A stretch of 54,802 nucleotides of DNA, the filler included, from Calcarisporiella thermophila CBS 279.70 (Eukaryota > Fungi > Calcarisporiellomycota): the NCBI RefSeq assembly GCF_041956535.1. It is 8 parts of 7 records of this genome, joined end to end, with 100 filler letters (N's around TTAATTAATTAA, not from the genome) between each part and the next. Parts side by side here need not be neighbours in the genome. Positions count along the whole stretch, not along the records: positions 1 to 11,807 come from NW_027192227.1; 7 more parts are not named here. One strand, given 5' to 3'. The position numbers and the translations under genes are program-made. The stretch's first letter is position 1, and each line of letters starts with the position of its first letter. Shown here one piece after another: positions 1-11,907 of the stretch. The notes below the pieces were generated by a model. That model saw only the letters and a program-made list of their open reading frames with translations, ran no database searches and was not told the origin of the DNA.

Positions 1-173
1 CTAAATTTTTACAAACTTTTCACCTACTTTTCACTATATTATTAGTGGGAGAGAAGTCTACAAATTATAGTGAAATTGTTGAAAAATTAAAGGGATTCGT
101 GAACCTCCTCCATCTTTTCTACATGCTCCCATAGGTTTTCTAGTAGTTTTCACCAGGCGGGTTTTTTGTGGGG
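1..173. repeat. Terminus of a dispersed DNA-transposon-like repeat (second copy ~45765-45877)
   Basis: 101-173 aligns directly with 45805-45877, both ending TTTTTTGT(G/A)GGG. Bases 1-27 are the reverse complement of 45770-45796. Family not assigned. Confidence 0.55.
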
Positions 174-357
174 TCTATTTTAATAAAGATCTTCGTCTAC
201 AATTCGAACCCTGTTACAATATTGAAAATAGGAAAAACAGTTTATTTTCTCAAACACTCATGCGGCATACTGTATTACTAAATGGAGATTTGTTTTTATT
301 ATGAAATACTCGATGACAAAGCGATAATAATAATTTAGAAGATCGAATTGTAGTTCC

Positions 358-3300
358 CTAATAATCGAGAATTTGTTGTTTCACCAGATCGCGGTAGATC
401 CCCGGACGCACAATTAGCTCATCATGCATACTATCAATTTTCCTTTTTAACACGATATCAAATGATTAAAAAACAATTGTAGTGTTTACCCTGCTTCATG
501 TATTTCACCGTCTTTTATCACAACTAATAGAATGGTATTAGAATTGTTTATACAATCTTAGATATTTGAAAATACTCACTGATAAGATCCGAGTCTTGCA
601 CAGTTGATAGTCTATGGGCAATAACAAGTGTTGTACGGCCTAGCATTGCGATTTCTAGCGCATCTTGTACCATCTTTTCTGAGTCGGAATCCAGTGCACT
701 GGTGGCTTCATCCAACAGCAATATATCAGGATTTCTCAGCAGTGCTCTTGCGATGGCGACTCTCTGTTTTTGACCTCCAGAAAGTTGCTTTCCTTTATCG
801 CCCACTCGCGTATGGTAGCCATTGGGAAGGCTAGAAATGAAATCGTGGATATTTGCCTTTTTTGCTACCTCTTCGATCTCTTCTTGAGTCACCTCTTGCT
901 CTTTTCGTCGGCCGAGTAAAATATTCTCCTTCACCGTCATGTCAAACAGCACAGGCTCTTGTCCGACATACCCAATCCTTTGTCGCATCGAATCCAGTTG
1001 CCAATCTTTAACATTAATACCATCGATTAATACTGCACCTTTATTGCAGTCGTACCATCTGAGCAACAGTGAAACTATGGTAGATTTTCCACATCCACTC
1101 GGGCCCACTATAGCGACCTTCTGATATCGTCGAATCAGCATCCATATATTATTGCATATAATTGCATTGGGTCTCATCGGATATGCGAAAGAAACGTTTT
1201 GTAATTCTGCAGTTCCCGGAGCTACCGCTACGCATCTACCCTTTGATTCTGGGTCAATTGTTGGTTTTTTATCCAGCATCTCAAATATGTTGATAGCAGC
1301 TCTTTTAGCTTTTACAAATTTTGGCAAATGAACAGAGAATTGGCTTATTGCTGCAGATGTCCATACTACTGTAAAGGTAACTACAGTGACTTGCTGGGGG
1401 GTCATTTCACCAGAAAATATAAGATGTGCTCCAAGGTAAAATCCTAAGGTGTAAGTGAGAAATTGTAATCCTTGAGATAGCCCATACCCGATGGAAGTAA
1501 TAAAGGCCTTCTTCAACGCGTAACTATGGGGCACCAGGCAAAGCTCTATTTATAAAATCTGGTATCAAAAAAAGTTCAAAGCTAAAATCAGATGGATCAC
1601 CAACCAGCATATTTCTTTTCGAAAACATCCTCCGCTCCAAGTGATCTAATAGTTCTTATTTCTCGGATTGCCTCCCCAGCAACCATCCCAGCTAATCGAT
1701 ATTCTTTTTCCATCTTGCTTGAAAAACTAAAGCTATACTTTAGAAACTTTTAACTAAATTATGTAACACTCATTTTTACCCTTCTAATGACTTGAGGCGG
1801 AATACCAATGAACCTATAATAAGAGGCATTGTCGGTAGCAACATCAGTGATAATTTCCACCCATGAATGAATGCTATGCATAATCCGAAAAGTATCGCCG
1901 ATAGGACGTTTCCTCCATCAACAATAAGTATTTTTGGCAGTTCTATTATAAGTGTTGCGTCTTTAGCTAAACTTGATGTAAGAGCACCAGTAGTGTTGAT
2001 TGGATGATCAAAAAAGCTAATTTCTTGACGTAAAAGATTGCTGAATGTTTGGGCTCGCAACCGTCGAGCAAGACGTTCACCACAAAATAGGGTAACTCCA
2101 TCCCTTAGAATAGTTGCAAAGAAACCTATGATAGCTATGGCGACTATATTATAAGGTATATTTAATATATCCTTATGTTAAGTGGCTAAGAGCTTGAATA
2201 TCTTACAATAAATGAGACACCAAAACTTCGAGGCTTCCTCCATTTGATCTACAGGCATCCTAAGAACGCTAAGCATGCGGCCAACTAACAGGCCATGCAT
2301 AGGGTAGACCTGAAAAAAAAATTAGCTACTTAATGTTTATAGAATAAGATAATGGAAAAACAACTTACACCTCCAAAAACAAGGCCACCAAATGTAGCTA
2401 ATCCAATAAACATCCACTCAGGAAACATCATTCGCAACGTTCTATATATTGGCCGACTAACTGAAGTAGTGTCCACTCCAGTAGTCTTAGCAAATTTAAT
2501 ATCATGTTTCGAATGGTCCATCATTTTTGCCTTGTTATCTGACTTCCATCTACTCGTTTCCTTGGAGATTGAATCAATAAAACCTTCATTTTCGTCCTCG
2601 TCAACTCTGAGCTGCTGTTTTTGCACATATGACATATATGTGCCCTCATTTGCCATTAATTGTGCATGGGTACCCTGTTCAACTACCTTTCCTTTTTCCA
2701 CAACTACAATCCAATCTGCCTCACGAACCGTGGAAAGTCGATGAGCAATGATGATAGTAGTCCGATTTTTAGAAGCGGATTTCAGTGCCTCTTGTACTAG
2801 TTTTTCAGATCTGGTGTCAAGTGCAGAAGTGGCCTCATCTAACAACAAAATTGCTGGATTACGAATTATTGCTCTTGCTATGGCAATCCGCTGCTTTTGA
2901 CCTCCGGATAGCTGAGAGCCTAGTTCTCCCACCCTAGTGTCATATCCTTGGGGTAGATTGCTAATGAAGTCGTGGCAATTTGCCATAATACATGCTTCTT
3001 CGATCTCTTTTTTTTTTGGATTGCGATTGGACGCACCAAGAGCAATGTTATTGCGAATAGTATCATCGAAAAGAACTGGTTCCTGCTCAACCACTCCAAT
3101 TTGTCTTCTCAGCCAACTTACATCAAGCTCTCGCAAATCCACCCCATCTAGTAAAATCTTGCCTATAGTTGGATCATAAAAACGCTGGATCAAATGAGTA
3201 ATGGTAGATTTTCCGCTCCCAGAAGCGCCAACTAGGGCAATGGTTTTGCCACTCGGTATACTTAGATCAATTCCTGACAATACTGAGATGGTAGAGCGAG

Positions 3301-4731
3301 AGGGATAACTGAAATGAACATCACAAAAAGTGATCTCGCCTTGGCAAGAGCTACGTTTAACATTCTTGTTCTGGGAATTGGTGGAAGAGGTGATAGTTGG
3401 TTTACGGTCAATAACTGTGAATATTTTATGCGCTGCTACTTGAGCCTCCACAAGAGTCATGTAGTATGGTGCTATTTCACTGAAAACATTTGGTTGAGAT
3501 AGTTCACGTATTGATGTACATAAAGGATAAAAAAATTACCCTATAGCAAATGATCCGGCAACCACTAAAAAGAACGATTGCAATGCTGCCGAGTTAGATA
3601 TAACGTCTTGAGAAATTAACCGCGCGCTATACCAAAATCCATAGCTATACGCACAATAATTCATAAATATCACCAAACCCATAAAAATTCCTTGATTTCA
3701 ATTCCGAAATTAATCTTAGTCATTCTCATGTGGGGTGTAATTGAAAATTGCCTCACCAACTTTTATAGCTCTCCGGATGCCGGCTTGATAAGCAACATTA
3801 AGGTATGAATTGAAGAGATCGACAAGATGCTTCTGCATGGAAAAGGCGGCAACTGTACGAATTCCAGAAACACTTTGTTCCATTAAAAACCCGGCCATAG
3901 AATAAGCATTCTGCACCTTTTCAGTCTGCACTTTTAATACCTGTGCAAATGCGTAGCCTGAAAATATAAGCATCGGCACGATCGCAAGCAATGCAATTGT
4001 CAGTCTCCATCCCAAATAAAATGCTATTGTAAAACTAGATATAGCATGGGATATATGCTTAAGTAGCAATCCGATTCTTTCTGAGAGACCATCCTGAATA
4101 ATCAGTGTATCAGATGAAAGTCGAGTATTGAGTGACTCTGCCTGGTTTAGGTCAAACCATGTCTGATCTTGGCGAAGAATTGCGTGGAAGTAGAACTCAC
4201 GAATACGCTATCCAAATAGCATAAAATAATGTCAAAATAAGCTCAATAGAAACAGGGAATATTTCATTTACATTTGTTTGATTTTCACCAGCAAGAGACC
4301 AGAAGCAACTTAATAGATAAGATGAAAATGCGTGTGAAACAACTAATCCTAATAACGCTACAATGTCTCCGAACATATTCTGGCTATCGAAATTAGGATC
4401 CCCTATCGAGTTTATGACCGTGGCAGTTTTCCATAAAGTTACAAATATAAAGGATTTCAATATGGCTGATGTGATACTAATCAATATCCCGAGGCTATAG
4501 GAAAAGCACAATCAGATTTTGGAAGCAACTCTCATTGAGCTAAATACTTACAAAATCAACAGCATATCAAACTTACTAGCATATCGATAAAGATGAAAAT
4601 AAGATAGCTTGGGCATCTTTTTTTCATTTTGTTTTTGCTGCTTGAAGAATGGATTTCTGAATAATTTTTTCATTTTCATTTGTGCGGAAGATTTAGTATT
4701 TTTTAGTATTATACAATAAAGAGAGCTCCAT
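358..4731 (-). CDS. ABCB/MDR (P-glycoprotein-like) full-length ABC transporter, paralog 1, multi-exon
   Basis: TMD-NBD-TMD-NBD layout. Walker A GASGSGKST and GPSGCGKST, LSGGQKQR signatures, LLLDEATSALD. GT-AG introns link the ORF pieces. Stop at 358-360 after ...YRDLVKQQILDY. The ATG homologous to the paralogs' start (4731) is out of frame by one A in a homopolymer; an in-frame ATG lies at 4679. Confidence 0.95.
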
Positions 4732-5470
4732 ATATTACGTAACAGCGTAATGGGTATGTTTTCTCGAATATCAATATAGCAGTAGAAATACGTTCAGGTT
4801 ATATTTATTCCTATTGATTTAAAAGAGGTCTTTATATTCTCAAAATTTGACCACAAAAATATATTATAAAGTTCATGCGTAATTTAAACTAAATCCTCTG
4901 CTTGCAGTTGATATGTAGCTTGGCAGAATAATTTTAAAATTCCATTATATATCATGGGACCATTCTAAGTTGTGACTAAAATGATACGTTAGCTTCGTGT
5001 TTTCACACACATGAAATTGAAAAGAAAATTTTTCTCAAAGCACTATTCGAAGTCTATTTTTGTGCTCTAATAAGTTTTTTTCGCATGGTGCTGGTACAAT
5101 ACTAAATTTAATTACCAACTCAAAGCAGAACATGTGAGTTAAATTGGTTGAGCTTTTTTTGGTTTAATCAGAAAAATAGGAAACTTTTAATCTCAGAATA
5201 AAGACAAAACAATTTAAATAGGGGATATTTGTAGGAATTACGGTGAAAGTTATGGTTCCGCATATTATGATTGGGTTACCTCACACCTTAAACTTTTACC
5301 TAAAATTGAGCCATACTCCAATACATGGAAATATATTTTACCGAAAATCCATTTAATGCATCTCCAAGATAATTTTATTTATTTTTCAGAACAAAAGAGC
5401 ATATCAGCTAGCCTGATAGTTGCTTTTGGGTCTGAAAATAATTAACATAAACAGCCTTGGATTATATCTA

Positions 5471-5548
5471 AAATAGACTGCGGACTAGGTCAGCAGTTCA
5501 TGCTTCACGATGATGAGGCCGTTTATTGGTCAAATTTGAGGTATTCCC
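5471..5548. repeat. Dispersed ~80-bp repeat, probable DNA-transposon end
   Basis: AAATAGACTGCGGACTAGGTCAGCAG...CACGATGATGAGGCCG also occurs at 28506-28582, in degenerate form at 38940-39020, and as a reverse remnant at 25336-25350. Confidence 0.6.
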
Positions 5549-8500
5549 AGAAGAATATAAAAGGAAAAAAATTAAAAGATTAAAAGATTAACAAATTAAC
5601 AGATTGATTAGAACTATCAAAGAATTTGAAGTAAGAATGGAATTCAGTGAAAATTACTTAGATACTAAAGAATGAGGGTTAAGACTATATAAGTTTGTAG
5701 TTCTGCAAGTATGACTTCTTGGCCGTTTTTAAGCTGGCTTACTTCCGTCTAAAAACTGGATCCAACCTCGCCACATCCCACAAGCCGAGGAATCGATAGA
5801 GAGCCGCCAGGCGCGTTAATCCCCCGAATATCATTCCGCGAAAGACACAGATGGAATCCATCGGAAGAACTAGCGGATATGATTGGGCACCGTAAACCAT
5901 ACGCTCCAGCCAACATCTTGACTACAAACGAGCAGCAAGATATCTGGGATTACAGTCTTCCTCGGGAAGACTTGAACTACGATCCTCCTTCAATGAACGC
6001 AGCAATGTTGTCGCATATGGGCGCAAGGTATAGAAGACATGACATGAATCCGGCAGAACTTCAAAAGAAATAATGTTAATCACACATCCGTTGGACATAT
6101 ACCTAGGAGATCTATACAAACTGCGCAATGTACTGGGGGAGGAAATATTCCACAGATAATTCCATCAAGGAATTGAGATTCGCAATATGTTATTCAGTGT
6201 TGCGTCACAGGCCATAGCCGCCAGGCAGCGCGAGTCCTACAAAGCTGCAAATATTCTCGCCAGTGCTCCTAGTCAAAGAGAAGGGAGGAATCTTGTGTTC
6301 AAGGAAAAAACCAGCTTGGATACACAGAATCATCAAGCGGGATACAATATTCAGTTCTGGAAGCAACCAGATCTTAACCACCTCTCCCCACCAAGAAGTC
6401 TTCCCGCCAATCAAGCAAGTGCAGCAGCCATATCGGAGGAGATAATAGCTCTGTTGGAGAAATGGGTGATAGAGGAAGTCCCGATGAACACTCCGGGAGT
6501 AGTATCCAACATTTTTGTGATCGAGAAACATTCGGGGAAATTGCGCCCGGTGTTGGATCTCCGTCGTCTCAATCTATCGGTGAAGAAGGCGCATTTCAAG
6601 ATGGAGACGCTCCATTTAATCCTGCCACTCATCCAGAGGCACGATTGGATGACGTCGATAGACCTCAAGGATGTATTCTTCCACATCCCGGTTCATACGG
6701 AGTCCAGGAGATATCTCCAATTTATATAGGAAGGCAAGAAATATCCTTTCAGAATTCTTCCCTTCGGAAAAACTGCTTCTCCCAGAATTTTCACCTAAGT
6801 CCTACGTCCCGTCCTTACAGAATGTCGGAAGATGGGAATAAGAGTGACCGCCTACTTGGACGACCTACTGGTCGCATCTTCGACGAAGGAAAAGGCCAGG
6901 GAGCACACCCAAACACTTGTCAATATCCTGGAAAAATATGGCTTCCTAGTGAATTAGGAAAAGACCGCCTTCACCCCAACGCAGGAGATCGATGTAACAG
7001 TTCTGAGACTGTCAATGATTCGGATTCTTATTCTCTTTGGGCGAGAGCTCAAGGTTCTCTCCCTGAATGGTAACTGCTCCTTCCGGGCCCAAATCGAACT
7101 TTATTCATAGTTACAGAAAATAATAATAAAACATAAAAAAGTATAAAATTGAAGTAAAATATTGATCAAATTATTCCAAATTGCTGTTTTTAGAAGTAAT
7201 TGTAAAAAGTAATAATACTGAAAACAAAGTTATTTAAAAACGGTGTCTGCTCTCCTTGTTCCCTAGCTTTGAGAAGCCTCCGAATCGCGCGCTAAGGATT
7301 AGTAATCCACTGCACTTGACAACAATGAACAATGAGCAAGCCCTGGAACAGATCTTCGACAGACTGGAGCAATTGGAATGACAAAATGAACGTCGACAAA
7401 ATAGATATTCCCGGGGTTTGAAATCAACACAGAAACCATGGATATCAAGCTCCCAAAAGAAAAAATCGCGCGAATCAGACAAGATATAAAATCCGCAAAG
7501 ACAAAGTCGAGGACAGCGAGGCAAATAGCGTCACTAGCTGGACTTTTGGCATCGACAACACCCGCAGTGAGGCCAGCGTTCATCTTTCAACGGCACTTAC
7601 AAAGAGACCCCGGAAAGCACCTTCAAAGAACCAATCAAGAATGGGAGAAGGTGATACCACTCTTAAAAGAAACGATAGAAGATTTGAAGAAGTGGGAAAT
7701 CCTCCTAGATGTTCACAACGGCTTACAAGTAAGAATTCCACCGCCGGACGAAACAGTGAACATAATGACAGGCGCATCAGGAACAGGATGGGGGATAGTG
7801 AGCACGCACCTAACAACACATGGCCGATGGACAGACCAAGAGAGAAAAACATCATCGAACCAGAAAGAGCTGCGGGCTATCCTCTTCGCTCTAAAGCTCC
7901 ACACCAAACACTGGAAGAGCAAACACATAAGGATCAAGACAGACAACAAAACAGCTGTGGCCTATATCCAAAACCAGGGGGGTACGGTGAGTTTACCGTT
8001 ACTAAACATAGCCACAGAGATATGGGAAATCTGCTTGAGACACAATATTCAAATAACAGCAGAATACCTCCCAGGCAAACGAAACGCAGAGGCAGACAGG
8101 GAGAGCCGCCAGAAATCATCCCAACACGAATGGCAACTACCGGAAGAAGCATGGAGATTCATCAACAGGAATTGGGGAGAGATAACAATAGATCTCTTTG
8201 CTTCACGCAACAACACGAAGCACCCACGATTCTTCAGCATGAAGCCAGACCCAGACGCCGAAGCAATCAACGCCCTCTCGCAAAGATGGCCAACTAAAGG
8301 AGCCTACGCCAACCCACCGTGGATTCTACTCCCCAGAATTCTCAGAGAGATTTCGCTAAGAGAACTGGAAGAGATAGTGGTGATAACCCCAACTGGACGA
8401 CACAACCATGGATAGCACAAGCCCTAAATCTGACTATCCAACAACCAGTTATTTTAGATCTTCAACACCTGAACTCACCAAAAGCACTCCCACAACACCC

Positions 8501-9199
8501 AGCACAGGTAATTGCATGGAAATTATCAGGCATGCATTCGAAACACAGAGAGTTTTGGAGAAAGCAATTGAGATCATCTCCAAGAGAGAAAGGGCAACTA
8601 CTGGAAAGCATCACAATTCAGCGTGGGAAAAGCTCACATGGTACAAAACGAACAATGGAGATACATGCAAGAACAACTTGCCTACGGTCGCAATGTTTCT
8701 TAAAGAAATAACACCACTAGAAGATACAGAACCATGTCTCGTGGGAGCAGTGCACCAAAACATACCTCAAGCACAAGCGACTTCAATCGACTATTATGAC
8801 TTTCTGACTTTCTCTACCACATCCCGCAAAACCTCAACCCCTGCAACCGGGGATACGATGACAATATGGATCACAGAAACGCTGCCTGAATGCGGCACCC
8901 TAGCAACGGCCCACTCAACCAGAAGCACCCCACCATCTTACGTGTTAGTACAAGGCGCTCCACTGGAAGCTATACTGGAAGCAGAGATAACTTTAAGACG
9001 AAACACCATCCAGGAGAGAACCTTGGGCACGATGCCTAAAGGGCATTGGCCCAAGGGGAGCGAAGCTGGATGCCCACTCGCCACAACCCAAAAGTACAGC
9101 ACAGATAACATCCAGCTTCGTTCCCCTTGGGCTCTCGGCCAAAGAAAAATATTATTGTCTCTATGTTATTATATTATAAAATAAAGCATCATTGATATA

Positions 9200-10840
9200 A
9201 AGTACCTCCGGATAATTTTGGGGCACCTTCGTATTTTTAATAAATTGATCATATTTCCTGAAAGTCTACTATTACAAATAAATATTATTTATATTTTAAA
9301 AACTAACTTTGCCTGCTTTCATTATGTTCACAATATTGGTTATTTTGTTTGCAACTTTACAGGGATATAGCGATTTATTATGAAAATCGAAGTGGGACAA
9401 TTTTGACCAATATAAACCGGGGTTGATTTGTACCCTTGTAACTCGATATCTAAAGGTGTCTATGGCTCGAAGGTTGCTAATCAGACTCTTATTTATCGTA
9501 TAAAACAAGCCCTAGTCCTCGAATCGCTCCAAGTAAACGTGCTCGCGTATCCGTCCTCCTCGAAAAGGGATACTCAACACGCGAAATTGCCGCCCGAGAA
9601 GGCATTGGAAAAAGTAGCGTGGCAAGAATACTCCAGAAAAAAGAGAATGCATCAATTAATCCTCCAAGAAAGAAAAGGGGTCGCCCACGCAAATTTTCCA
9701 TCCGTGGTGAAAATAGATTATGTAGAAGCGTGGCGACAGGAGAGTGTAAGAACGCAATCAAGGCGCAAGAACTTTGGAACGAGACGACTGAGGAGGTTAT
9801 TTCCGTGAACACTGTTCGTGAAGCACTCCATCGTAATGATTTTGTAGCTAGGGTCAAGAGAAAAAAACCTTTTCTATCGAAAAGGCATCGCCTTAGGAGA
9901 CTGGCATTTGCAAAGAAATACAGCAGTTGGACCATAGAAGATTGGAGCCGTGTCATATTTTCGGACGAGTGCCAAATACGCATCTTTGGCAATGAAAGGC
10001 GAGAGTGGTTCTGGAAGAAGCGTAATGAACCACTACAAGAGCGTCATATACAGCCAACGATCAAACACGGTGGCGGAGGCATTATGATGTGGGGATGCAT
10101 GACTTCATACGGCATTGGAAGGGTATGTCGCATAATAGAAAATCTTAACGCTGAAATTTATTCAAGAATCCTCGACCAAGAGATGATAGCCACGCTTCAA
10201 CTGTATAATCTCAGCAACCAAGAGATAGTGTTTCAACACGACAACGACCCCAAGCACAAAGCCAAACTCATTGATCGATGGTTTGAAAATAACCATATCC
10301 AAGTTCTCGATTGGCCTTCACAATCTCCAGATCTCAACCCCATAGAAAAATTATGGGCTGAGATAAAAGGACGTCTGAGGAGCAGATTTACAAAGATAAC
10401 GAGCCAGGATGATCTGTGGGAAAAGGTGAATATCGTCTGGGAGTCACTCACTCAGGAGGATTGTTTGAAGTTGATCCGCACGATGCCGGAACGGATCCAA
10501 GCTGTTATTAAGGCAAAAGGAGGATATACTAAGTGGTAGTGGGAGAGCACTTTATTTATAAAAATTATTGAGTATTCATTATAATGTCCATGTAAAGAAA
10601 GAGAAAAAAATGTTGGCACCATGTAAAATCTCTATATCTGGATTTAAGAACTTTTCCGAAATATATTAATATTTCACTTGAAGAGAATTTAGTAAAGGGT
10701 ATTCAGTTGTATATGTAATGGTAACGGCGTAAATGGGTTTTTCAAATATTTAATAGTTTTTTATACGGTCGTTGTTTGTAAAGAAATATTTAGGTAAAAG
10801 AATAAATTTTTAGGTGCCCCAAAAATTTCCGGAGATACTT
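9200..10840 (+). mobile_element. Tc1/mariner DNA transposon (DD34E), full length, inserted in the DIRS 3' region
   Basis: About 28-bp imperfect TIRs (AAGTACCTCCGGATAATTTTGGGGCACCT / AGGTGCCCCAAAAATTTCCGGAGATACTT), with TA on both sides. Confidence 0.95.
9514..10539 (+). CDS. Tc1 transposase (open frame, no ATG at the expected start)
   Basis: HTH region, [26 protein letters not shown]; 34 residues separate the second D from E. The frame reads AGT-CCT-CGA where ATG-CCT-CGA would be expected. Confidence 0.85.
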   Translation, partial: SPRIAPSKRARVSVLLEKGYSTREIAAREGIGKSSVARILQKKENASINPPRKKRGRPRKFSIRGENRLCRSVATGECKNAIKAQELWNETTEEVISVNTVREALHRNDFVARVKRKKPFLSKRHRLRRLAFAKKYSSWTIEDWSRVIFSDECQIRIFGNERREWFWKKRNEPLQERHIQPTIKHGGGGIMMWGCMTSYGIGRVCRIIENLNAEIYSRILDQEMIATLQLYNLSNQEIVFQHDNDPKHKAKLIDRWFENNHIQVLDWPSQSPDLNPIEKLWAEIKGRLRSRFTKITSQDDLWEKVNIVWESLTQEDCLKLIRTMPERIQAVIKAKGGYTKW

Positions 10841-10998
10841 TACCTCATGAGACGGAGGAATAATAAGAGCAATAAGAAAAACAATTTAATTTCTCAAACA
10901 CCCGTGGGCATGAATAAAGCCTGATTTGGGCTCCGATGGAGCAGATACCACCCAGCTTCGTTCCTCATGAGCTCTCGCCTAAAGAGAATTACCCTTTT

Positions 10999-11807
10999 TT
11001 AAAATTTTAGCCTTTTTTTTGAAACCTCCAATATTAAGCGCGACAAGGCAGTGATGGTATCAGTAGTTTTTGGGATGACATGTCCATAGCTATGTTCTAG
11101 AGTGAGCCTCAACTCCGGATTATATCTCTCGCAAACTTTCAAACTATTTCCATAGAGACTGTCTTGTGGGCTCATGCAATGAAGAGATGGAATTGAAATG
11201 GACTGAAGTAGGTTGACCCTAGAATAATCATTTGACACGAGTTTGAAATCCATAAGAACTCCAGAGAGGTGAATAGTGAAATTCCATTGACGTTCAATTT
11301 CGCCATACTCAGCCATTCGGTCAAGTAATTCAATGATGCATGATCCCTGACTAAATCCAAGTAGGCCATCTATCTTCGTTTCAAGGCTATTGAGAAAGGA
11401 GAGTACATGGTGAATAGATTGCTCCACATGTTTTCTATCAGGTTGCTCAGGTGGGATCCAGGAGAAGAATAAGCCATCATATAAACTTTTCCACTCTCGG
11501 TCAAAGGGGGTGTTTATCTCAAAACAAGCATCCATATAGATAAACTCAACTATAGGATGTAGCTCATTTTCGAGAGCCGCCATTTTCAACTTCATAAATT
11601 CACCATTCATACTATAACCATGCAAACACAATATACGAATCTTTTTCGGGGCAAATGGTTTGTGACCAATAACACTTGGGGAAATGGAGAGTTGGTTGCA
11701 TGACGTTGAATCGCACAACAGCTTCGCTGGCGTAGGTGCCATATATATTTGCCTAAGGGATATATCTAACCCATGTCGCCGGAATTCGGCAGACATCATC
11801 ATTGCCG
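10999..11807 (-). CDS. 3' end of NRPS-like gene: partial carrier (T) domain plus FSH1-family serine hydrolase; cut by contig end
   Basis: T-domain tail (LRQIYMAPTPAKL), then IRILCLHG, DGLLGFSQG, SPQD, LEHSYGHVIP. Paralogous to 13400-14117. Confidence 0.85.
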
Positions 11808-11907
11808 NNNNNNNNNNNNNNNNNNNNNNNNNNNNNNNNNNNNNNNNNNNNTTAATTAATTAANNNNNNNNNNNNNNNNNNNNNNNNNNNNNNNNNNNNN
11901 NNNNNNN
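11808..11907. other. Artificial contig spacer (also 21039-21138, 22850-22949, 24304-24403, 28583-28682, 31357-31456, 44828-44927)
   Basis: Identical 44N-TTAATTAATTAA-44N, which gives stops in all six frames. Confidence 0.99.

Larger units (their letters stand above)
5760..10988 (+). mobile_element. Degenerate, nested DIRS-type (tyrosine-recombinase) retrotransposon(s)
   Basis: RT motifs RPVLDLRRLN, FKMET, SIDLKDVFFH, LPFG, YLDD with in-frame stops. DIRS RNase H (GTGWG, ELRA, TDN.TAVAYI.NQGG, NAEADRESR). Adenine-methyltransferase-like IDLFAS...NPPW. Recombinase mostly deleted. ICR at ~9005-9072 is complementary to the left end (seen at 54202) and to the right end (9109-9131). A second right end lies at ~10910-10988. 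Confidence 0.9.

Noticed and set aside
5505-5540. Hammerhead ribozyme or C/D snoRNA (ATGATGAGGCC...GGTC)
   Set aside because: No copy has CTGATGA plus GAAA, and no conserved D box was seen.
8408-9184. 258-aa ORF as a host gene
   Set aside because: It is deleted DIRS recombinase-region sequence running into the terminal repeats.
11852-11863. Recurrent palindrome TTAATTAATTAA as a biological site
   Set aside because: Always centred in identical N runs; it is an assembly linker.
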